A stretch of DNA of 64,000 bases from PVC group bacterium (GTDB lineage: Bacteria; Omnitrophota; Gorgyraeia; B26-G9), in contig JAAEQR010000072.1 of NCBI GenBank assembly GCA_024231215.1, forward strand, positions 513,210 to 577,209, given 5' to 3'. The translations under genes were made by a program, and so were the position numbers. Position 1 is the stretch's first letter. Every line of letters begins with the position of its first letter. The notes beneath the pieces are model-generated. The model had not been told where the DNA came from and ran no database searches. It worked only from the letters and a program-made list of their open reading frames with translations. Shown piece by piece: positions 57,202-64,000 of the stretch.

Positions 57202-58319
57202 AAATTCCTTTTATTGATGTTAATAATCAGAACCATCTTTTAAAAAAAGAATTACTAAATTCTTTAAAAGGTGTTTTAGAGTCCGGTGATTTTATTCTTG
57301 GTAAGCAGGTACGGCTTTTTGAATCAGAGTTTGCCAAATATTGCGATTGTCGCTATGCTGTAGGCTTAAATTCAGGAACAGATGCTTTATTTTTGGCTTT
57401 GCTGAGTTTAGGTGTTGGGCCTGGGGATGAGGTTATTTGTCCGGTATATACGTATATTGCTACGGCTTTGAGCATTTCTTATACCGGAGCCAAGCCTGTA
57501 TTTGTGGATATAGATGCAAGGACATTTAACATCGATTCTAATGCAGTAGAAAAGAAAATAACAAAGAAAACCAAGGCGATAATTCCGGTTCATCTTTATG
57601 GTCAGCCGGCAGATATGGGTACAATTTTGGCTATTGCCAGAAAATATAAAATTGTGGTGATCGAAGACGCAGCCCAAGCACAAGGGGCTATGTGGAAAAA
57701 TAATAAAAATCAATGGAAAAAGGTTGGTTCAATTGGAGATATTGGCTGTTTCAGTTTCTATCCGACTAAAAACTTAAGCGGATGTGGTGACGGAGGTATG
57801 GCCGTTACGAATAAGAAAAAGATATATGAGCGTTTGTTGATGTTGAGAGATCAGGGGAGGAAAGGGAAAAATCGTTATTTACATTATATCAAGGGATACA
57901 ATTCACGGCTTGCTTCTATGCAGGCTGCTATTTTGAGAATCAAACTTAAAACTTTAGATCGGGAGAATAAACTGCGTAGAGAGAATGCAAAATTCTATTC
58001 AAAGTTATTAAATGATTGTGGCGGGATTACAGTTCCTTATGTGTCTGCTTCCTTAAGACATGTGTACCATATCTATGCGGTGTTATTAAATAAAAGCAGG
58101 AAAATTTCTGAGCAGTTGCGTAGAAAAGATATTTATACCAGTAAAGTTTATAATCTCTCTTTGCATTTGCAGCCGGCATATAAAGAGTTGGGGTATAAAA
58201 GAGGTGATTTCCCGGTAGCAGAGAAGATTTCACGAGATGTCTTGTGTTTGCCAATGTATTCACAGCTATCACAGAAACAGATTGAATTTCTGGTTAATGT
58301 ACTTAAAAAATTAGTATGA
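57198..58319 (+). CDS. DegT/DnrJ/EryC1/StrS-family PLP-dependent sugar aminotransferase
   Basis: Family fold. The start is ATG at 57198, coupled to the upstream stop (ATGA). Confidence 0.85.
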   Translation: MKIPFIDVNNQNHLLKKELLNSLKGVLESGDFILGKQVRLFESEFAKYCDCRYAVGLNSGTDALFLALLSLGVGPGDEVICPVYTYIATALSISYTGAKPVFVDIDARTFNIDSNAVEKKITKKTKAIIPVHLYGQPADMGTILAIARKYKIVVIEDAAQAQGAMWKNNKNQWKKVGSIGDIGCFSFYPTKNLSGCGDGGMAVTNKKKIYERLLMLRDQGRKGKNRYLHYIKGYNSRLASMQAAILRIKLKTLDRENKLRRENAKFYSKLLNDCGGITVPYVSASLRHVYHIYAVLLNKSRKISEQLRRKDIYTSKVYNLSLHLQPAYKELGYKRGDFPVAEKISRDVLCLPMYSQLSQKQIEFLVNVLKKLV

Positions 58320-58377
58320 TAAAGATGATATTATTAATCAGATAAAGTGTTATAATAACTCGTGGAGGAAATAAAAA

Positions 58378-59292
58378 ATGTTTGATATGGTAATTATCGG
58401 AGCGGGGCCGGCGGGATTGACTGCGTGTTTATACGCTTTGCGTTCCCGGCTGGATGTTTTGATGGTGGATAAAATGCAGATAGGTGGAGGCTTGGGCTAT
58501 ATCCAGAATCTGGAGAATTATCCAGGATTCCCGGATGGGATTAGTGGTTTAAAATTGGCGGATGATATCTTGGCGCAATTGAGAAGTTATGAATTTAAAT
58601 TTTTGCCGATAAATGTAAGTCAGATTAGCGGTGCCGATAAATCATGGCAGTTAGAAGCTAGCGGAGAAAAAATAATAACGAAAAGTACAATTGTAGCTAT
58701 AGGCGCAGAGCCCAAAAAATTAGGAGTTCCGGGGGAGGAGACATTTATCGGAAAAGGTGTGTCCTATTGTGCGGTATGTGATGCTTTATTTTTTAGGGAG
58801 AAGAATGTTGTGGTGGTTGGTGGTGGTAATGCGGCATTGGAAGAAGCAATGTACTTGACTAAATTTGCCAGTAGTGTTACGATTGTTCACCGCAGAGATA
58901 AATTCAGGGCAGATGAGGTCTTACAGGAGCGGGTTCGGGATAATTCAAAAATAAAGTTTGAAATGAACGCAGTGTGTGAGGAAGTAGTAGGAGCTCAGAC
59001 AGTAAATGCTGTAAATATAAAATACAAAGATGGAACCCAGAAACAAATAGTGTGCGACGGGGTTTTTATTTTTATCGGGACAAGTCCGAAAACAGGTTTT
59101 TTGCCGGATGTGGTTAAAAAAGATCCGGATGGATACATCCTTACGGATGAAAATATGAAGACATCCGCGGAGGGTATATATGCTTGCGGGGATTGTAGGG
59201 TAACCTCATTGCGCCAGGTTGTAACTGCTTGCGGAGAAGGGGCGGTTGCTGCGTATTCTGCGCAAAAGTATTTAGATGGTAGTAACTTGTAG
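58378..59292 (+). CDS. trxB: Thioredoxin reductase
   Basis: GAGPAG motif, redox CAVC motif, and a second Rossmann motif GGGNAA. Confidence 0.9.
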   Translation: MFDMVIIGAGPAGLTACLYALRSRLDVLMVDKMQIGGGLGYIQNLENYPGFPDGISGLKLADDILAQLRSYEFKFLPINVSQISGADKSWQLEASGEKIITKSTIVAIGAEPKKLGVPGEETFIGKGVSYCAVCDALFFREKNVVVVGGGNAALEEAMYLTKFASSVTIVHRRDKFRADEVLQERVRDNSKIKFEMNAVCEEVVGAQTVNAVNIKYKDGTQKQIVCDGVFIFIGTSPKTGFLPDVVKKDPDGYILTDENMKTSAEGIYACGDCRVTSLRQVVTACGEGAVAAYSAQKYLDGSNL

Positions 59293-59303
59293 ATAGAAGA
59301 TAG

Positions 59304-59792
59304 TTGATAATGCAGAAGTTAGAAGTTTGTAAGAAAAATAATCCGATTTTGCGTAAGCGTTCTCAAAAACTTCCTGTGGTAGGGGAGCCAGAGAGAGCGC
59401 TTTTTGAAAATATGTTAAGAATTATGCATCAGGAGAAGGGAATTGGTCTGGCTGCTCCGCAGGTAGGTATTCTGAAGCAGATGCTGGTAATAGATATCGG
59501 TCAGGGTCCTTTAAGATTAGTAAATCCTCAGATATTAAAAAAGCAGGGCCGGAGTTTGATGAAAGAGGGTTGTTTGAGCCTTCCGGGAGTCGAGGTTGAG
59601 GTGCGACGGGCTAAAAGCATTGTAGTTGTCGCGCAAGATGATTGGGGTAAAGAGGTTAAGATAATAGCTGATGATCTTTTGGCTAGAGCATTGCAGCATG
59701 AGATAGATCATCTAAAAGGGGTTTTGATCCTAGATTATCTGCCTTGGTATAAACAGGTGTTATTGAAAATAAAGAAGTTTAAGTGGTCTTGA
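59304..59792 (+). CDS. def: Peptide deformylase
   Basis: Motifs GIGLAAPQVG, EGCLS and HEIDHL. Confidence 0.9.
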   Translation: MIMQKLEVCKKNNPILRKRSQKLPVVGEPERALFENMLRIMHQEKGIGLAAPQVGILKQMLVIDIGQGPLRLVNPQILKKQGRSLMKEGCLSLPGVEVEVRRAKSIVVVAQDDWGKEVKIIADDLLARALQHEIDHLKGVLILDYLPWYKQVLLKIKKFKWS

Positions 59793-59882
59793 CCGATCCC
59801 TGAATATCCAGGTTTAACCACTTTACTTTTAAATATCTTTGTGATAGAATTAGTAGAAACTTTAGAAAGGAGGTGAGAGCAA

Positions 59883-60152
59883 ATGACTGTTACTAAGGCA
59901 CAAAAAGAAAAAATAATAACCGATTTTAAGGCTCATCCTAAGGATACTGGTTCGGCAAACGTACAAATTGCGTTGCTTACTGATAGAATTAGCGGTTTAA
60001 CAGAGCATTTAAAAACGCATAAGAAGGATTTTAGTTCAAGGGTGGGTTTATTACAGCTTGTCTCGAAGAGAAGAAGGCTGTTAAATTACTTAAAACGTGA
60101 GAATTTTAAAGACTATAAAGATATATTAGAGAAGTTAAAACTAAGAAAGTAA
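59883..60152 (+). CDS. rpsO: 30S ribosomal protein S15
   Basis: S15 family, 89 aa. The rpsO-pnp pair is conserved. Confidence 0.95.
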   Translation: MTVTKAQKEKIITDFKAHPKDTGSANVQIALLTDRISGLTEHLKTHKKDFSSRVGLLQLVSKRRRLLNYLKRENFKDYKDILEKLKLRK

Positions 60153-60159
60153 AAGGACA

Positions 60160-62274
60160 ATGGTAGAAAAGACAGAAATACAGTGGGGAAAAGAACAATT
60201 AATTATTGAAACAGGGAAATTAGCTAAACAGGCAAGTGCGGCAGTAACGGTTCAATACGGTGGTACGGTAGTATTAGTTACAGTAGTAATGTCTAAAAAG
60301 CCGAGGGAAGGTCTTGATTTTTTCCCGCTAACCGTAGAATATAAGGAAAAAACATATGCTGCAGGTAAGATTCCCGGAGGATTTTTTAAACGGGAAGGCA
60401 GGCCTACAGAAAAAGAAATTTTAACGTCTCGGCTTATTGATCGGCCGATTCGGCCCCTGTTCCCTAAAGGACTGTATAATGAAGTTCAGGTTATTGCCAT
60501 GGTTCTTTCCAGTGACGGAAAAAATGATTCGGATGTTTTAGCAATGATCGGCGCTTCTTGTGCCTTGACGATTTCGGATATTCCTTTTGCCGGTCCTGTT
60601 GGAACGATTAAGATAGGACGGGTTAATGATGAATTTATTATAAATCCTACTTATGAGGAACTAGAGCAGAGTTCTTTGGAAATCATTCTTGCCGGAATTA
60701 ATAATGGTGTGGTTATGATTGAATCCGGAGCGCAAGAAGTTCCCGAAGCAACGATGTTAGAGGCGATGAAATTTGGTTATGATAACCTTAAACCTATTAT
60801 ACAATTACAAGAAGACTTTGCCGCGAAATGCGGGAAGAAAAAGACAGATGTTGAATTAAAACAATTGTCTGAAGAATTATGCTTAAAAGTAAAAGAATTA
60901 TCTTTGGAAAAATTGGTTGATGTTTATAAGATCAGTAATAAAGAACAGCGTGAAGAGCAGATGGGTTTGATTGCTAATGATTTAATAGAAAATTTGATAA
61001 CTACCGATTCTCCTTATACCGAAGCTGATGTCAAAGCAGCATTGGGAAAAGTTGAAAAAGAACAGGTTCGTAGGATGATTCTGGAAAATAGCATTCGTGT
61101 TGACGGACGCTCTAGTACAGAGATCAGAGATATTTCTTGCGAAGTTGGAGCTTTACCGCGGACACATGGTGCGGCTGTATTTACCAGAGGACAAACTCAA
61201 AGTCTATCGGTTACTACTTTGGGAACCAGTGCTGATGAGCAGCGGATCGATGTTTTAGCCGGAGAGTCGTTTAAAAGTTTTATGCTGCATTATAATTTTC
61301 CTCCGTTTAGTGTGGGAGAAGCAAGGCCTATGCGTGGAACTAGTCGTCGGGAAATAGGACACGGGGCACTTGCCGAACGTGCACTATTACCGGTAATGCC
61401 TTCTAAAGATGATTTTCCATATACGGTTCGGTTAGTATCGGAAGTATTAGAATCTAACGGGTCCTCAAGTATGGCTTCGGTTTGTGCCGGAACATTAGCT
61501 CTGATGGATGCTGGTGTGCCGATTAAAGCTCCGGTTACCGGGATAGCTTTGGGGTTAGTTAAAGACGGAGATAATGAAGTTGTTTTGAGTGATATTCTTG
61601 GTTTAGAAGATCATTTCGGGGACATGGATTTTAAGGTTACCGGAACTAAGGATGGAGTTACAGCGATACAGCTTGATCTGAAAATTGACGGAGTTAGCTT
61701 TGAATTGTTAGAACGTGCTTTGAGCCAGGCTAAAGAGGGGCGATTATTTATAATGGATAAGATAAACGCTGTACTGGCTAAGCCGCGTGAAGAACTTTCC
61801 GAATACGCACCACGCATTACAGTGCTTACTGTTCCACAGGAAAAGATAAAGGATATTATTGGCCCAGGCGGTAAAGTGATTAAAAAGATCATCAGTGATA
61901 CTGGAGTGAGCATTAATATCGATGATGACGGTAAGGTTGCGATTGCTTCTACTGATAGTCAAGCTGCTCAGGCAGCGATTGATATTGTAAATGGCTTGAT
62001 TGCTGAGGCTGAGGTGGGAAAGATTTATAATGGTAAGATAACCAGACTTATGAACTTTGGGGCGTTCTGTGAGATACTTCCGGGTAAAGAAGGATTGGTT
62101 CATATTTCAGAATTGGCAAATGGGTTTGTGAAAAATGTGGAAGATGTTGTAAAGGTTGGAGACGCAGTTAAGGTCAAAGTTATAGAAATAGATAATATGG
62201 GAAGAGTTAATCTAAGTATTAAACAGGCTCAGCCCAAACCCGAAGCAGGAGAGGAAAATGCGCAGCAGGGATGA
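60160..62274 (+). CDS. pnp: Polynucleotide phosphorylase
   Basis: Two RNase PH domains, a KH domain and a C-terminal S1 domain. Confidence 0.95.
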   Translation: MVEKTEIQWGKEQLIIETGKLAKQASAAVTVQYGGTVVLVTVVMSKKPREGLDFFPLTVEYKEKTYAAGKIPGGFFKREGRPTEKEILTSRLIDRPIRPLFPKGLYNEVQVIAMVLSSDGKNDSDVLAMIGASCALTISDIPFAGPVGTIKIGRVNDEFIINPTYEELEQSSLEIILAGINNGVVMIESGAQEVPEATMLEAMKFGYDNLKPIIQLQEDFAAKCGKKKTDVELKQLSEELCLKVKELSLEKLVDVYKISNKEQREEQMGLIANDLIENLITTDSPYTEADVKAALGKVEKEQVRRMILENSIRVDGRSSTEIRDISCEVGALPRTHGAAVFTRGQTQSLSVTTLGTSADEQRIDVLAGESFKSFMLHYNFPPFSVGEARPMRGTSRREIGHGALAERALLPVMPSKDDFPYTVRLVSEVLESNGSSSMASVCAGTLALMDAGVPIKAPVTGIALGLVKDGDNEVVLSDILGLEDHFGDMDFKVTGTKDGVTAIQLDLKIDGVSFELLERALSQAKEGRLFIMDKINAVLAKPREELSEYAPRITVLTVPQEKIKDIIGPGGKVIKKIISDTGVSINIDDDGKVAIASTDSQAAQAAIDIVNGLIAEAEVGKIYNGKITRLMNFGAFCEILPGKEGLVHISELANGFVKNVEDVVKVGDAVKVKVIEIDNMGRVNLSIKQAQPKPEAGEENAQQG

Positions 62275-62740
62275 TGTTATTGATGATGTAGTTTCAAAAG
62301 TGACTTTACGAATAAAAAGAAAAGAAGATTGTACAGATCTTCCGTTACCTAAATATATGAGTACCGGTTCTGCAGGTATGGATTTATATGCGGATGTGGA
62401 TGTGGAAACAACTCTAGAACCGGGGGAGATAAAAATGGTTTCCACAGGAATCCATGTGAGTATTCCTGAAGGATATGAGGCTCAGATCAGACCACGCAGT
62501 GGTCTGGCTGCAAAATATGGCATTGGTATTGTAAATTCCCCGGGGACGATTGATTCTGATTATCGGGGTTTGATCAATATTATCTTGATTAATTTTGGAA
62601 AGGAAATATTCCTTATCAAACGCGGTATGCGTATCTGTCAGATGGTGATCAATAAGGTTACACAGGCTAATTTGGAGGTTGTAGAAGAATTAGATGTGAC
62701 AGACAGAAATACCGGAGGATTCGGCCATACCGGAGTTTAA
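62258..62740 (+). CDS. dut: dUTP diphosphatase
   Basis: Motifs SAGMDL, PRSGLAAK and GTIDSDYRG. The start overlaps the pnp stop by 17 nt. Confidence 0.85.
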   Translation: MRSRDDVIDDVVSKVTLRIKRKEDCTDLPLPKYMSTGSAGMDLYADVDVETTLEPGEIKMVSTGIHVSIPEGYEAQIRPRSGLAAKYGIGIVNSPGTIDSDYRGLINIILINFGKEIFLIKRGMRICQMVINKVTQANLEVVEELDVTDRNTGGFGHTGV

Positions 62741-62742
62741 AA

Positions 62743-64000
62743 ATGAGTGAAAAACAAATTAGGATAGTATGGTCAGTTGTCCTTTTTGGGCTGTGCGTTT
62801 TTCTTGTTATTAGTTTCCTCTCGTTCGATCCTAATGATATTCCCTTTAATACTTCAAGTCCTAATACCCATATAAGAAATTTTGGAGGAACTGTTGGCGC
62901 TTATTCTGTTTGGGCGTTATTGCTATTTTCGGGGTGGAGTGCTTATTTTATCCCTATTCTTTTTTGTATTTGGGCGGTTGGTAAAATAATGGGGAAGATC
63001 ACAGAGCATCTTCCGGCAAAAGTATTTGGATTTTTGTTGGTACTTTGTTCTTTTTCCGGGATTATGAGTACACTTACTTCTCCGTATAATGTAAGCCGTG
63101 TAAAAACCGGAGGTGTGATCGGGTTTTCAATTTCTTTATTTCTCACCCGTTATTTTGGTGAGATAGGAACAATGGTTATCCTCGGTACGATTTTCGTGCT
63201 TTCGCTTCTTTTAGCTACAGAGTTTTTAATCCTGCCTATTTTGCTGCAAGTTTCGCGTTGGATTATCAGTTTATTGAAAATGATAAAAATCAGTGAGTGG
63301 CTGAATATACTGAATATATTTAAACATAGAGAAGGTGCAGGGAACCGGCCTAAGATTAAAAAAATGGGTAAGTTTGTGGTAGCAAAAAGAAAAACCAGAA
63401 AGCAGCAAGAGGAAGAAGAAGACGAAGAAGAGGATGAGGAAGAAGAAGAGGAGGAAGAGGAAGAAAAACCTGCTTTCTTCAAAAAACCTAAATTGATAAT
63501 CAAAAAACCAAAGATTCAAAAACGAAAAGCCAAGCCAAAGTCTATAATTCCCAAATTCATTGGTGATTATAAACTTCCTTCTTTAGAGTTGCTTAATAAT
63601 CCGCCGCCTATGGAAGAGAGAATGATCAAAGATGACTTAGAAGGTAATTCTAAAATTTTAGAAGAGACTTTACGGGATTTCGGAATTGAAGCTAAGGTTG
63701 TGGAAGTAGAGCAGGGGCCGGTAATTACCCGCTATGAATTACAGCCGGCACCAGGAGTTAAAATAAATAAAATAACAAATCTGGGTGATGATATTGCGCT
63801 TAGCTTAAAAGCACCCAGTGTACATATTGTGGCGCCGCTTCCCGGTAAAGGTACGGTGGGGATTGATGTGCCTAATAGCAAGGCTACCCTTGTATATCTC
63901 AAAGAATTATTAGAAACCAATGAATTTCAATCATCACATTCTAAGCTTACGCTTGCTTTTGGCAAAGATATTTCCGGAACAACATTAATTACCGATCTTG
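62743..64000 (+). CDS. ftsK: DNA translocase FtsK/SpoIIIE, 3' partial. It has an N-terminal transmembrane domain, an acidic and then basic linker, and the start of the motor domain
   Basis: Not in the ORF track because no stop falls within the window. My translation gives four transmembrane helices, then EEEEDEEEDEEEEEEEEE, then ...VVEVEQGPVITRYELQPAPGVKINKITNLGDDIALSLKA... Confidence 0.85.
   Translation, partial: MSEKQIRIVWSVVLFGLCVFLVISFLSFDPNDIPFNTSSPNTHIRNFGGTVGAYSVWALLLFSGWSAYFIPILFCIWAVGKIMGKITEHLPAKVFGFLLVLCSFSGIMSTLTSPYNVSRVKTGGVIGFSISLFLTRYFGEIGTMVILGTIFVLSLLLATEFLILPILLQVSRWIISLLKMIKISEWLNILNIFKHREGAGNRPKIKKMGKFVVAKRKTRKQQEEEEDEEEDEEEEEEEEEEKPAFFKKPKLIIKKPKIQKRKAKPKSIIPKFIGDYKLPSLELLNNPPPMEERMIKDDLEGNSKILEETLRDFGIEAKVVEVEQGPVITRYELQPAPGVKINKITNLGDDIALSLKAPSVHIVAPLPGKGTVGIDVPNSKATLVYLKELLETNEFQSSHSKLTLAFGKDISGTTLITDL
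63408..63466 (+). repeat. (GAA/GAG)n simple repeat encoding the poly-Glu tract of the FtsK linker
   Basis: Read directly. The antisense strand produces the spurious poly-Ser ORF at 63150..63503. Confidence 0.8.

Noticed and set aside
63150-63519. Minus-strand ORFs including a poly-Ser run
   Set aside because: They are the antisense of the (GAA)n poly-Glu tract inside the ftsK linker, so they are spurious.

Overview
This window is a chromosomal segment of a low-GC diderm bacterium, probably a candidate-phylum-like lineage. All but one of about 58 genes are on the + strand.

Content in order along the window:
- Lipid A and lipopolysaccharide genes: a fused lpxC/fabZ gene, lpxA and lpxI, then tRNA-Thr, an MFS transporter, accD, a ROK kinase, a sugar epimerase and lptD.
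- A YchF-like protein that has lost its GTPase domain, followed by a PilZ protein.
- A secreted transglutaminase-like protein and a small membrane protein, each with its own promoter.
- metF, a U32 peptidase, and a PIN-PhoH (PhoH2) ATPase, which is the only minus-strand gene.
- A 72-aa cysteine-rich peptide behind a textbook sigma70 promoter, followed by a RadC/JAB protein and a zinc-ribbon protein.
- nif3-dnaG-rpoD, where RpoD carries a lysine-rich histone-H1-like repeat at its N-terminus, followed by tRNA-Met(CAT) and tRNA-Val(CAC).
- A zinc-ribbon coiled-coil protein, rnhA, and an RNase P RNA (rnpB) whose 5' end overlaps the rnhA 3' end.
- A tripartite RND efflux operon: a long TolC-family protein, a periplasmic adaptor and two tandem RND permeases. 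The first permease has a C-terminal winged-helix-like tail and is preceded by a heptamer repeat inside a tiny coupling ORF.
- Periplasmic and outer-membrane proteins, AddAB-like helicase-nucleases, and a secreted protein built from two tandem beta-sandwich-like domains.
- A PAS histidine kinase and a one-carbon block: FTCD-like cyclodeaminase, folD, an oxidoreductase, a standalone MetH activation domain, and a MetH core lacking that domain.
- panB, panE, LPS-core glycosyltransferase and aminotransferase genes, trxB, def, rpsO, pnp, dut and the 5' part of ftsK.

I found no CRISPR array, IS element or prophage. Most intergenic regions contain near-consensus TTGACA-N17-TATAAT promoters. Coordinates I located by hand may be off by 1 nt.
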